Source: Spirochaetia bacterium (lineage in GTDB: Bacteria; Spirochaetota; Spirochaetia; CAKZLE01). From it: a DNA stretch of 64,000 bases. The stretch's first letter is position 1; every line of letters starts with the position of its first letter. The DNA is taken from the NCBI GenBank assembly GCA_963677595.1, contig OY782041.1:1952001-2016000 (forward strand), in the 5' to 3' direction. The notes beneath the pieces were generated by a model, which worked only from the letters and a program-made list of their open reading frames with translations, did no database searches and was not told the DNA's origin. The position numbers and the translations under genes are program-made. Positions 27,887 to 37,734 of the stretch are shown here, piece after piece.

Positions 27887-28995
27887 AGAAGATTTCAGAC
27901 TGCCTGGTATTGATCGTGGATGACACGGAACTGAATGTGAGGATCCTGGTAGAGGCCCTCGGTGATGATTATGAGCTCGCAGTCGCCATGGACGGGGACA
28001 TGGCCCTGGAGTTGCTGGAGGAGACGATCCCCGATATCGTCCTGCTCGATATCATGATGCCGAACATCAGCGGCCTCGAGGTCTGCGAGAAGATGAAGCA
28101 GAACCCTGCCACACAGGATATTCCTGTCATCTTCCTCTCGGCCATGACCGATATCGACAGCAAGTCGAAGGGGTTCGAGCTTGGCGCGGTCGATTTCGTC
28201 GAGAAGCCGTTCGACATCAGGGAGGTCAAGGTAAGGGTGAAGACCCATCTCTCACTTGCGATCGCGAAGGCAGAACTTGCCCAGCAGAACGAGATCCTCA
28301 ACCAGAAGGTGGCCGAACGGACAAAGGAGATCAAGCTCATCCAGGATGTGACGCTTGAGACCCTTGCCGGTCTCGCGGAGTCCAGGGATCCCGATACCGG
28401 GCGGCACATCGCCCGTACCAGTACCTACGTGAAGATGCTGGCTGAAAAGCTGATGGACCACCCGATGTATGAAGGTGTCCTCACCCCTGAGAAGGTGTAC
28501 AGTTTTTATGAGTCTGCACCCCTCCACGATATCGGGAAGGTGGGGATCCCGGATGCGATCCTACTCAAGCCCGGCAGGCTCACGGATGAGGAACGGGAGG
28601 AGATGAAGAACCATACCTACATCGGCTACAAGACCCTCAAGAGGCATATCAACAAACTCGGTGCCTACTCGTTCTTCACGAATGCGATGGATTTTGCCCT
28701 CTACCACCATGAGAAATGGGACGGCAGCGGGTATCCCCAGGGACTGAAAGGGGAGGATATTCCACTGGCCGGCAGACTCATGGCCTTGGCTGATGTCTAT
28801 GATGCCCTGGTGAGCAAGCGGGTCTACAAGCCGTCGTTCCCCCACTCGAAGGCGGTACGGATCATCGAGGAGGATAGCGGTACACACTTCGATCCTGAAC
28901 TGGTCGAGGTCTTCAAGTCGATCCACGAGGAGATCCGTGCTTTCGCGATCGAGAATGCAGATTTCGATGAGGAGCGGGAGTCCCTTCGATTGTAA
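27883..28995 (+). CDS. Response regulator with HD-GYP phosphodiesterase domain (RpfG-like)
   Basis: REC (VDD, LLDIMMP, KPF) plus LHDIGK, HHEKWDGSGYP, ADVYDAL. Confidence 0.93.
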   Translation: MKKISDCLVLIVDDTELNVRILVEALGDDYELAVAMDGDMALELLEETIPDIVLLDIMMPNISGLEVCEKMKQNPATQDIPVIFLSAMTDIDSKSKGFELGAVDFVEKPFDIREVKVRVKTHLSLAIAKAELAQQNEILNQKVAERTKEIKLIQDVTLETLAGLAESRDPDTGRHIARTSTYVKMLAEKLMDHPMYEGVLTPEKVYSFYESAPLHDIGKVGIPDAILLKPGRLTDEEREEMKNHTYIGYKTLKRHINKLGAYSFFTNAMDFALYHHEKWDGSGYPQGLKGEDIPLAGRLMALADVYDALVSKRVYKPSFPHSKAVRIIEEDSGTHFDPELVEVFKSIHEEIRAFAIENADFDEERESLRL

Positions 28996-29071
28996 GACTT
29001 GGAAGAGATCCTGGTAACCCGGAAAGTACCCTGATCCCAGCGCAGGATGATCAGCATAGATGAATTGCTAC

Positions 29072-29443
29072 CTACGGGACCTGCTTCATATCCTGAAGGA
29101 GGACTTCCGCAGGTATATGAAGCTCCACATGCAGATTCCTCATCATTGAAAGACTGAGAGGCTGCTTCCTTTTCAGCACTTCAGAGACTTTGCTCTGGCT
29201 GCCTATGATAGGGATGAGGTCTCTCCTTGTCATCCCGCGCTGGTCCATAGCGAACAGGATCGCATCTATGGGATCGGGGAGAGCAATCGGATACTGCATA
29301 TCCTCATAGGTTGTGACCAGTGAGGTGAATGATTCGATCTCGTCATTGATCTCATCTGTTTCAGGTAGTTCCATGAGGGATTCAATGTATTCGAGTGCTG
29401 CCTCATAGTCCTGAGCAGTCTTGAGTAGTTTTGGTTTCATCAC
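29072..29443 (-). CDS. HigA-like antitoxin / HTH regulator (no cognate toxin seen)
   Basis: LKTAQDYEAAL..YE..PDPIDAI..MDQRG..IGSQSKVSEVLKRKQPLSLSMMRNLH..IPAEVLL. Confidence 0.88.
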   Translation of the reverse strand: MMKPKLLKTAQDYEAALEYIESLMELPETDEINDEIESFTSLVTTYEDMQYPIALPDPIDAILFAMDQRGMTRRDLIPIIGSQSKVSEVLKRKQPLSLSMMRNLHVELHIPAEVLLQDMKQVP

Positions 29444-29540
29444 ATCCGCAACCCCCTTCCCGTATCATACCATACGAGGAAGCCACAAGCAAATCGAAGC
29501 CTGTGTGCGTCTTATGGATATGCGGGTTTATTTGTTCTAG

Positions 29541-29710
29541 TATGACCAAAAGTAGTAATTAAGTCATAGCAAGCATATCTTGATTTTTTACCCATACTAT
29601 ACGGAGAGAAACTGCTGTACGCTGTTATTCCAGAACCAGAGCTTGCCATTGGGGTATGGGTATAGTCATCACTGCAGTATTATGACTAAAAGTTATAAGA
29701 TAGTCATAGC
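29541..29710. repeat. Two ~30-bp direct repeats, each a TATGAC-N16-GTCATA palindrome
   Basis: 29541-29570 tatgaccaaaagtagtaattaagtcatagc and 29681-29710 tatgactaaaagttataagatagtcatagc. Confidence 0.7.
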
Positions 29711-29766
29711 AGTTGATTCGGTAGGAACCGGTGTGGAAGCCTGTTGCATCAGGTGTCTGATGAGGG

Positions 29767-30333
29767 TTAGGGTCTTGAGAAGAGATTCTGGATCAGTGCA
29801 GCAGGGATGAGGAAGATGATGCCCAGCGACTGGATGAGGTCGCTGCCGATCCTCCTGCCTGCAGCCCCCTTCCCCTTGAGGCGGTTCATCAGTGCGATGA
29901 AGGCGATCCCGTTGATGTTCCCGAACATGATGACCCGGATCGCGGCAAGGATCGCGGCGGCTGTCCCTTCCCCATAGCGGGAGAGGACTCGATCCCATAC
30001 CTCGGCCTCATAGTTCCCGAAGGTGTCAGCATAGTGCTGGGCGAAGAGGAGGGCGACTGCTTCCTCTTCTGCTGCAGCTCCTTCCTCGAGGTTCACCATG
30101 GAGGTGATCTCCTCTTCTGACATGCCGCTCTCAAGGGCATGTTTGGCATGATAGTAGTTGCAGACGGCACAACCGTTGACCTCAGTGACCACCAGCATGA
30201 TACGGGTGATGAACTCCTTGGAGATCAGTCCCGACTTCTCTGCCTTCCTCATGACCGGCATGCTCCTCATGGCCAGACGGATGACATGGTAGAACTGCGG
30301 TACGGTGAATATCCTGGCTTTCATCTGTCTCAT
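29767..30333 (-). CDS. Carboxymuconolactone decarboxylase/AhpD family protein
   Basis: MLVVTEVNGCAVCNYYH (CxxC..H); SD AAGGAGG. Confidence 0.85.
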   Translation of the reverse strand: MRQMKARIFTVPQFYHVIRLAMRSMPVMRKAEKSGLISKEFITRIMLVVTEVNGCAVCNYYHAKHALESGMSEEEITSMVNLEEGAAAEEEAVALLFAQHYADTFGNYEAEVWDRVLSRYGEGTAAAILAAIRVIMFGNINGIAFIALMNRLKGKGAAGRRIGSDLIQSLGIIFLIPAALIQNLFSRP

Positions 30334-30426
30334 GCGGTGTGCCTCCTTGGGAATAGATACTACTATTCTGCAGATAAATCAAGGAGAGTAGCCGAATCCA
30401 CGATTTATCGGTATACTCAACAGCAT

Positions 30427-31677
30427 ATGACAAGAATGAATGATTCACAACAGACCTACCTCGGGCTGCTCTGGCACGCGGTCTTCCTCTCGATCACGGT
30501 GACGTTCACCGAGGTCAATACCGTGCTGCCTGCACTGGTACTCGATCTCGGTGGGAACTCCTTCCATGTGGGGCTTATATCGGCGATCATGATCGGGATT
30601 CCCCTGATCAGCAAGCTCTTCTTTACCAGCTTTCTCTCGCAGCAGCGACGCAAGCAGCCGTGGCTGCTCGTCGGGATCTACCTGCGGGTCCTCTCCCTCG
30701 TCATGATCGGGATCACCCTGAGCTACCAGACCCGGTTCTCGTTCTTCTTGGTCATGCTGCTCGTCTATGGGGCTCTGCTGCTCTTCTCCCTCAGCGGTGC
30801 CTTCGCCGGCCTGCCGTACATCCATATCGTGGGGGGATCCCTCGAACCGGGGGTGAGGAAACGGTTCTTCCCGCAGAAGCAGATCATAGCAAGCGTCGGG
30901 ACGTTGGTGTCGGTCTTCGCGGCCCAGTACATCCTGAGGCGCTTTCCGCATCCCCAGAGCTATGTCTACCTCTTCTTCGCTGCCGGCAGTTTCCTGCTCA
31001 TCGCATCTGCCGGGTTCTGGGCCTTGAAGGAGGTGCCCCGGGAACCGGAGGGTTCCAAGGGGTACCTTGAGACCCTGAAGGCCATCCCCTCGATCCTGCG
31101 CTCTGACCGGTCGTTCTTCAGCTATATCCTCTTCTCGAACGTGATGAGTATCTCCCTTGCGCTGATCCCCTTCTTCATCGGGTTCGCCCGGAACCGGTTC
31201 TCGATCAGTGAGGAGCAGTTCAGCTTCATCCTGCTCGTCCAGATCTCCGGTATGATCGTCTCGAGCCTCATCTGGCCCAAGGTCGTGGCTTCCGGGGGCT
31301 TCAAGAGGATCCTCATCATCAGGATCATCCTGAACATGCTCATCCCCTGTGCAGCGATCCTGGTCGGGTCCTTCGGGACCTTCCCGATCTACCTGGTTGT
31401 GGTATTCCTCATCGGGTTCTCCCTGAGCGGGAGGACCGTCAGTGAGGATGCGGTGCTCATCGAACTCTCCGATGATGCCAACCGGGTGCTCTACTCGGGG
31501 ATCCTGGGAACGCTGAACATAAGCATCATCATATTCCCGATCATATTAGGATCCCTCATAGAGCTGACCGGTACCCTGCCGGTCTTCATCTCTGTCGGTA
31601 TGGTCTCGGCGGCAGGGTTCTTCTTCCTCAGGAGGATGACCTGCCCGGTCGATGTGCATGACAGCAAGGCAGGATGA
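30427..31677 (+). CDS. MFS transporter
   Basis: About 12 hydrophobic segments; start at MTRMND (30427) or 30436, just downstream of TAGCCG-N17-TATACT. Confidence 0.8.
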   Translation: MTRMNDSQQTYLGLLWHAVFLSITVTFTEVNTVLPALVLDLGGNSFHVGLISAIMIGIPLISKLFFTSFLSQQRRKQPWLLVGIYLRVLSLVMIGITLSYQTRFSFFLVMLLVYGALLLFSLSGAFAGLPYIHIVGGSLEPGVRKRFFPQKQIIASVGTLVSVFAAQYILRRFPHPQSYVYLFFAAGSFLLIASAGFWALKEVPREPEGSKGYLETLKAIPSILRSDRSFFSYILFSNVMSISLALIPFFIGFARNRFSISEEQFSFILLVQISGMIVSSLIWPKVVASGGFKRILIIRIILNMLIPCAAILVGSFGTFPIYLVVVFLIGFSLSGRTVSEDAVLIELSDDANRVLYSGILGTLNISIIIFPIILGSLIELTGTLPVFISVGMVSAAGFFFLRRMTCPVDVHDSKAG

Positions 31678-31688
31678 TTCCCGATGAG

Positions 31689-33116
31689 TTAGGCTTCAGA
31701 CGATCCCGTGTTCCCGAGGATATAATCTATCACCTGCCTGGCTGAATACTCCCCGGACCTGCTGATCAGGTTCCGGACACTGTCCAGCTTGGAGCCGATG
31801 GTGATGAGCGCCTTCTCGACAGTGCCGTCTTCATAGACTGTCGGCAGCCCGATTGCTGCGAAGAGGGAGTTGCAGAGGCACTTCTTGCCCTTGATCGCCT
31901 CAGCCGTGAGCCCTCCCTTCGAAGAGAATGCTTCTGCAGGCTCTGCCGGGCATCGGTACCCGATACTCCCGTCCTCCCGCTTGTACAGGGTCCGGAGGTA
32001 TCCCAGGTTGCAGGCCCGCTCCCGGTGAAGCCCTGGTTCGGGACCGTTGTCGATCTCCATGAGTTTGAAGGGGAAGCCGGTGGGGGATGCCTTGGTGTCT
32101 GTTGAGATCCTCTCCTTCCCCTTGCCCACGATCGAGATGATCCGTTCCTTGATCTCAGGGAAGAATCCTGATTCCCTGCAGAGGGCAAAAGGGGTCCCTG
32201 CCTGGATCCCGGCTGCACCGGAGTCCAGTGCCTGCTGCAGTCCTTCAGGACTCCCGTAGGAGCCTGCGAGCCAGAAGGGGATCCCGAGACTTTGCAGTTT
32301 ATCCATGTCCACGATGTCACGTTTCCCATAGATCGGCTCTCCCTCATCATCAAGCAGCATCCTGCCGCGAGGAGGTGCATTGTGCCCCCCCGCAGAAGGA
32401 CCTTCCACGATGATACCGTCGACAGGGCCGTTTGCCTTGCTGACCATGACTGATGCAAGAAAGTTCGAGGATACGATCGGCAGGAACTTCGGGATCTTGA
32501 TCTCGGGCATCTGTATGGTGAAGAGATGCTTCGGGTTGAAGCGGGAGAAGAAGGACTCCTCCTTGCCGGCATCCTCTACATCCAGTCGCATGGAGGTCTC
32601 CTCATGACGGGAGAGGTCCCTGATGACTCCCGGGATCTCGATCGGGATGCCAGCCCCCATGATGATGTAATCGACCCCTGCAAGCAGGGCCCCGTAGATC
32701 GATGAGAGGGTAGGGAGCTGGAGTTTTGCCAGGTAGTTGATCCCAACCTTCCCGGGGTGCCCCTCCTTTGCCAGCCAGGTCTCGACGAAGTTGGCTGCGA
32801 CATTCAGTGCATTGAGCCGGTCATTGTTCTTGATGGTGAAGAACGGGACCCGCTTGAAGGGTGAACGGGAGGATATACCCCCCCTTACGAAATATTCATC
32901 TATGATGCGCTTGGCTGTCTCACTGCAGGGGAAGGCTGCCAGGGCACGGCGGACGTTCCCGTCCTGGTCCCCGTTCTGGAGGGTCCTTGTCAGCAGCCGG
33001 TCGAGTCCGGTCCCTGATATGACACCGAGCTGCCCGGCTTGTGAGACTGCCTTTGCAAGCCGCCAGCCGGATACCCCGATGCCCATGCCGCCCTGGATCA
33101 CGAGTGGATTGTTCAT
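31689..33116 (-). CDS. Nitronate monooxygenase family FMN oxidoreductase
   Basis: VIQGGMGIGVS, EGPSAGGH, AGIQAGTPF, SPTGFPFK, C-terminal Cys cluster (CNLGYL, CPAEP, CLCN). Confidence 0.85.
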   Translation of the reverse strand: MNNPLVIQGGMGIGVSGWRLAKAVSQAGQLGVISGTGLDRLLTRTLQNGDQDGNVRRALAAFPCSETAKRIIDEYFVRGGISSRSPFKRVPFFTIKNNDRLNALNVAANFVETWLAKEGHPGKVGINYLAKLQLPTLSSIYGALLAGVDYIIMGAGIPIEIPGVIRDLSRHEETSMRLDVEDAGKEESFFSRFNPKHLFTIQMPEIKIPKFLPIVSSNFLASVMVSKANGPVDGIIVEGPSAGGHNAPPRGRMLLDDEGEPIYGKRDIVDMDKLQSLGIPFWLAGSYGSPEGLQQALDSGAAGIQAGTPFALCRESGFFPEIKERIISIVGKGKERISTDTKASPTGFPFKLMEIDNGPEPGLHRERACNLGYLRTLYKREDGSIGYRCPAEPAEAFSSKGGLTAEAIKGKKCLCNSLFAAIGLPTVYEDGTVEKALITIGSKLDSVRNLISRSGEYSARQVIDYILGNTGSSEA

Positions 33117-33240
33117 TGCTACTCCTGTGGTACGTGAAAGATGACTCAGGATAGGCGAATAATGAGAATAAGTAAATCCTTAATCTGACAAATTAGAAAT
33201 AAATGTCAATATAACGGGGGTTTTGCTGTGGGGTGCCCTG

Positions 33241-35322
33241 TCAGCCGGCTAGCTTCTTCTTCCTTCCCTGTACGAAGAACAGCAGCCCGTAGAGCAGGAT
33301 CGCAAGAGCCCCGATGAGCATCGACCCGCTTCGTGACCCTGCGGTGAAGCTCAAGGGAACGAGCAGCTTGTCTGCGATGACGTTCGGGATGAGCAGCATG
33401 GTGGTGATGACCAGGAGCAGGATGCTCTCATACCAGCGGACTCTCACCCGCATGTAGGAGAGCGTCAGCGAGGCGAATGCCAGCATGGCGATCAGGCTGG
33501 TGACGAAGACCCACAGCCCGTACCAGACTCGTGTCACTTGATGGAGGATCATGTCGGTATTGAAGATGAATATGAACGGCAGGATCGCCGTCCTGATATC
33601 ATACATGAACCCCTGTACCCCGGTCTTGATCGGGTTCGACTTCGCGATGGCGGCCGCGGCATAGGCGGCAAGGCCCACGGGGGGCGTGTCATCGGCGAGG
33701 ATCCCGAAGAAGAAGACGAAGAGGTGTGCGGCGATGATCGGGAAGACGATCCCGTTTGCTGCCCCGAGCTCCACGATGACCGGTGCGGTCAATGCTGCCA
33801 TGACGATGTAGGTAGCGGTGGTCGGGAGTCCCATGCCCAGGATGAGGCTGGCGAAGGCAGTGATCAGCAGGATCAGGAAGAAGTGCCCGCCGGCGAGGAA
33901 CTCGATCGCCTCGGTGATGATCCCGCCCAGGCCGAAGGTCACGACACCAACGATGATGCCCGCAGTCGCCACAGCGACCCCGATGCCCATCATGTTCTTC
34001 GCACCTGCGACCAATGCATCCCAAATCTGGATGGCTGACTTGATGAGGGCCTGTTTCGGTGACTTGCCCTGCCGTTTCGCATGGTAGAGGTTCTCGATCG
34101 GGATGAGCAGGGCAAGTACGACGATGGCCCTGAAGGCTGCCAAAGCCGGGGAGTGACGCATGACGATCAGCTCGAAGATGAGCATGAGCAGCGGGATCAT
34201 GAAGTGGATGCCGTTTATGAGTGTCGGGAAGAACTTCGGCAGTTCCTCCTTCGGTATCCCTTCGAGCCCGAGTTTGGATGCCTCGAGATGGCTGATGTAC
34301 ATCAGCGCGATATAGGAGATGATAGCGGGGATGGCTGCTGCCTTGATGACCTCCACATACGCGAGGTTGCAGGTCTCGGCGATGATGAAGGCTGCTGCCC
34401 CCATGATCGGCGGCATCAGCTGCCCGTTGGTGCTGCAGGCGACCTCGACGGCCCCTGCCTTGTAGTCCGGGTATCCGACCTTCTTCATCAGCGGGATGGT
34501 GAAGGTGCCGGTGGTCACGGTATTCGCGATACTCGATCCCGATACCATGCCGGTGAGCCCGCTGGCAAGGATCGCGGCCTTTGCAGGCCCGCCCTTGAAC
34601 CTGCCGAGCAGGCTGAAGGCCAGGTCGACGAAGTACCTGCCGGCCCCGGCCTCATTGAGCATAGCCCCGAAGAGGACGAAGAGGAAGACGATGTTCGCCG
34701 ATACGTTGAGCGGGACACCATAGATCCCCTGGGTCGACATGGTCATCTTGCTGATGAACTTGGATATTGAGACGCTCTTGAAGCTGAGCGCATCAGGCAT
34801 GTTCGCAGCGAAGAAGCTGTAGAGGATGAACAGGGTAGCCACGATGGGCAGGGTCAGCCCAAGGGACCTCCTTGCTGCCTCGAGCAGGAAGAGGGTCAAT
34901 AACAGCCCCACGAGGATGTCGCGGGGGAGGGGGATTCCCTGCCGCATGCTGATCCCCTCATAGTCGAGGACGATATAGACGGCGAGCAGGACGGAAACGA
35001 TTGCCAGGAGAAAATCGAAGATGGTATAGGAATCCGTCTTGCTGAAATACTGCAGAAGACGATTCTTCGGTGTCTTCTTGAACATGGGGTTGCAGAGGTA
35101 GACCAGTGCGATGGCGAAGGCGAGGTGCACGGCCCTGATGATCGTGCTGTCCAGAAGGATGAACGAGGAGATCGCCAGCTGGAAGAGGGACCAGGAGACA
35201 GCGATGATCGGGACGATCCATTGCTGCCAGCCGGTCGTCACATGCCGTCTTCCCCCCTCGGCATCTTCTGCGATCTTCTGCGCGGTCTGGATATCCTGGT
35301 CGATGATCTCTTCTTCAGTCAC
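33241..35322 (-). CDS. TRAP transporter fused 4TM/12TM permease (TAXI-associated)
   Basis: GGPAKAA, SGSSIANTVTTGTFTIPLMK, MPPIMGAAAF, LGMGLPTTATY, DDTPPVG; GTG start. Confidence 0.93.
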   Translation of the reverse strand: MTEEEIIDQDIQTAQKIAEDAEGGRRHVTTGWQQWIVPIIAVSWSLFQLAISSFILLDSTIIRAVHLAFAIALVYLCNPMFKKTPKNRLLQYFSKTDSYTIFDFLLAIVSVLLAVYIVLDYEGISMRQGIPLPRDILVGLLLTLFLLEAARRSLGLTLPIVATLFILYSFFAANMPDALSFKSVSISKFISKMTMSTQGIYGVPLNVSANIVFLFVLFGAMLNEAGAGRYFVDLAFSLLGRFKGGPAKAAILASGLTGMVSGSSIANTVTTGTFTIPLMKKVGYPDYKAGAVEVACSTNGQLMPPIMGAAAFIIAETCNLAYVEVIKAAAIPAIISYIALMYISHLEASKLGLEGIPKEELPKFFPTLINGIHFMIPLLMLIFELIVMRHSPALAAFRAIVVLALLIPIENLYHAKRQGKSPKQALIKSAIQIWDALVAGAKNMMGIGVAVATAGIIVGVVTFGLGGIITEAIEFLAGGHFFLILLITAFASLILGMGLPTTATYIVMAALTAPVIVELGAANGIVFPIIAAHLFVFFFGILADDTPPVGLAAYAAAAIAKSNPIKTGVQGFMYDIRTAILPFIFIFNTDMILHQVTRVWYGLWVFVTSLIAMLAFASLTLSYMRVRVRWYESILLLVITTMLLIPNVIADKLLVPLSFTAGSRSGSMLIGALAILLYGLLFFVQGRKKKLAG

Positions 35323-35348
35323 GTGGCACTCCTCATGGTAGGTATGGT

Positions 35349-35371
35349 GACCGGGGGAGCATCCCCCGGTC
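35349..35371 (-). terminator. Intergenic hairpin after TAXI gene
   Basis: GACCGGGGGA-GCA-TCCCCCGGTC; no clear U-tract, so may be a stabilising stem. Confidence 0.5.
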
Positions 35372-35393
35372 TGTTACAGCCTAAGCAGGCAGC

Positions 35394-36395
35394 CTATTTC
35401 AGGCCTGCTTCCTCATAATACTTCAAGGCACCGGGATGTATAGGAGCGGAGAGTCCTGCGAGCAGGTCCTCTTTCTCCAGGGTCGCATAGGCCGGGTGGA
35501 GTTTCTTGAACTCGTCGAAGTTCTCGAAGACCTCCTTGGTGATGGCATACACGATATCATCCGATACGTTAGCGGAAGTACAGAGAGTAGCCTTCACGCC
35601 GAAAGTAGCGACGTCAGAGGAGTTTGAGGCATTGGGGTAATCGCTCACGGCGATGGTCGATTTTGCGTAGTAGGGGTACTTGGCGATCAGTGCATCGACT
35701 TCTGAGCCCTCGATAGCTACGAAATGTGCTGCCCTTGCACCTGCGGTAGCCTCCTTGAAGGACCCGTTCGGGTGTCCGACCGTGTAGAAGTAAGCATCGA
35801 TCTGCCCGTCCTGGAGTGCCCCGGCAGCCTCGGCAGCCTGGAGCCCTTCAGCCCTGAGGTCGTTCTCATAGTCGATCCCGAAAGCTTCCAGGGCGTCGAG
35901 GGAGTTCCCTCGCTGTCCTGAACCGGGGTTCCCGATATTGACGATCTTTCCCTTCAGGTCCATGAAGCTGTCGATACCTGCATCATCTGCAGCGAGCAGG
36001 GAGACTGACTCGGGATGGATGGAGAATACTGCCCGGAGATCCTTCTGTGCGTTACCGTCCCATTCAGCCATACCGTTGTAGGCCTGGTACTGTCGGTCTG
36101 ACTGTACGATACCGAACTCAAGGTCGCCGGAGATGACAGCATTCACGTTGAATACCGATCCGCCGGTTGACTCTACGGTCGCCTTCAGGTTGTATTCATC
36201 TGATTTCAGGTTCACCATCTTACTGATCGCGCCACCGGTCGGGTAATAGACACCGGTAACACCGCCGGTCCCGATGGTCACGAACTGCTTGCCTGCAGGT
36301 GCACCACTTTCTGATGACCCACCGGCGAACACTGTCCCGCCGACGAACAGCAGGATGATCATGAGGGAGATGAGACTCAACAAACTCTTTTTCAT
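35394..36395 (-). CDS. TAXI family TRAP solute-binding protein (paralog 1)
   Basis: IGTGGVTGVYYPTGG, STGGSVFN, GNPGSGQR, PIHPGALKYY; start MKKSLL. Confidence 0.93.
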   Translation of the reverse strand: MKKSLLSLISLMIILLFVGGTVFAGGSSESGAPAGKQFVTIGTGGVTGVYYPTGGAISKMVNLKSDEYNLKATVESTGGSVFNVNAVISGDLEFGIVQSDRQYQAYNGMAEWDGNAQKDLRAVFSIHPESVSLLAADDAGIDSFMDLKGKIVNIGNPGSGQRGNSLDALEAFGIDYENDLRAEGLQAAEAAGALQDGQIDAYFYTVGHPNGSFKEATAGARAAHFVAIEGSEVDALIAKYPYYAKSTIAVSDYPNASNSSDVATFGVKATLCTSANVSDDIVYAITKEVFENFDEFKKLHPAYATLEKEDLLAGLSAPIHPGALKYYEEAGLK

Positions 36396-36585
36396 AGTAT
36401 CCTCCAAAAAATGAATGGTTACCCGACGATCAGGGAATGACAGTCAGGTAGATACAAAAACAACGAGTAACCATTTCTGTATATTTATGCTAATTCTATA
36501 CAATTTGTAACAATCCTGCAAGGGCCTGATAAGCACGTACTGAGTGGGGCAGGATACGGGAGGTGAAGGACGGCCTGGCTGCCGG

Positions 36586-37593
36586 TCAGTAAGAGATGCC
36601 GGCTTCTTTGTAATAGCGTTCAGCTCCCGGGTGGATCGGGGCGGTGAGTCCCGTGAGCAGGTCCTCCTTCTCGAGTACCGCATATGCTGGGTGCAGGGCC
36701 TTGAATGCCTCGAAATTCTCGAAGACCTCTTTCGTGATCGCATAGACGATCTCGTCAGATACCGAAGCCGAGGTGCAGAGGGTCGCCTTCACCCCGAAGG
36801 TGTTCACATCCTCGGTGTTGGATGCGTTCGGGTAGTCTGCTATGCTGATCACCGAGCTGACGTAATAGGGGTTCTCGCTGATCATGGTCTCGATCTCGGG
36901 ACACATGATATCGACGATATGGACATGCCGTGCCCCGGTCGTCGCTTCCTTGAAGGAGCTGTTCGGATGGCCCACGGTATAGAAGTAGGCATCGATCAAC
37001 CCATCCTGCAGGGCACCGGCAGCTTCTGCTGCCTGCATGTTCTCAGCACGGAAATCTGTCTGGTAGTCGATCCCGCAGGCAGTCAGTGCATCGATCGCAT
37101 TGGCCCGCTGCCCGGAACCGGGGTTCCCGATATTGATGATCTTCCCGGCCATGTCCTGGAGGGCATAGATGCCGGAATCATCCGCGGCGACGACCGAGAC
37201 CGACTCCGGATGTATCGAGAAGACCGACCTGAGGTCCTCCTGCGGCAGTCCTTCCCATCTCCCTTCCCCGTGACTGGCCTCGTGCTGGATGTCGGACTGG
37301 ACGATGCCGAACTGGAAGTCACCGGCCATGATGCCGTTCACATTGTAGACCGAACCCCCGGTCGACTCCACAGTCACGCGGAGGTTGTACTCATCACCTT
37401 TCGCATTCACCGTCCTGCTGATAGCCCCGCCGGTGGAGTAGTAGACACCGGTCACTCCGCCGGTCCCGATGGTCACGAACTGCTTCTCTGTAGGTCGCAG
37501 GTTCTTTGCGGCTTCATCTATCTTCGAGCAGCCTGGGATGATGGCCAGGATGATCAGGAGCAGGGACACCGATACCAGTCGGGTTCTTTTCAT
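36586..37593 (-). CDS. TAXI family TRAP solute-binding lipoprotein (paralog 2)
   Basis: Same TAXI motifs; lipobox-like IIPGC. Confidence 0.93.
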   Translation of the reverse strand: MKRTRLVSVSLLLIILAIIPGCSKIDEAAKNLRPTEKQFVTIGTGGVTGVYYSTGGAISRTVNAKGDEYNLRVTVESTGGSVYNVNGIMAGDFQFGIVQSDIQHEASHGEGRWEGLPQEDLRSVFSIHPESVSVVAADDSGIYALQDMAGKIINIGNPGSGQRANAIDALTACGIDYQTDFRAENMQAAEAAGALQDGLIDAYFYTVGHPNSSFKEATTGARHVHIVDIMCPEIETMISENPYYVSSVISIADYPNASNTEDVNTFGVKATLCTSASVSDEIVYAITKEVFENFEAFKALHPAYAVLEKEDLLTGLTAPIHPGAERYYKEAGISY

Positions 37594-37734
37594 AGGTTCC
37601 TCCGGCAGTCGGGAACATAAGATCAGTGTTCGGGTAGGGTATACAAGTCATGTTCTCGTAAGATTATATACAGCGTATCATAGGAGGAGTGATAATAACA
37701 TAGCTGGACTGGTGGATTTTTCTGGCTGGGGAGG

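Noticed and set aside
29444-29766. HigB toxin upstream of higA
   Set aside because: No suitable ORF or HigB-like motif found by manual reading
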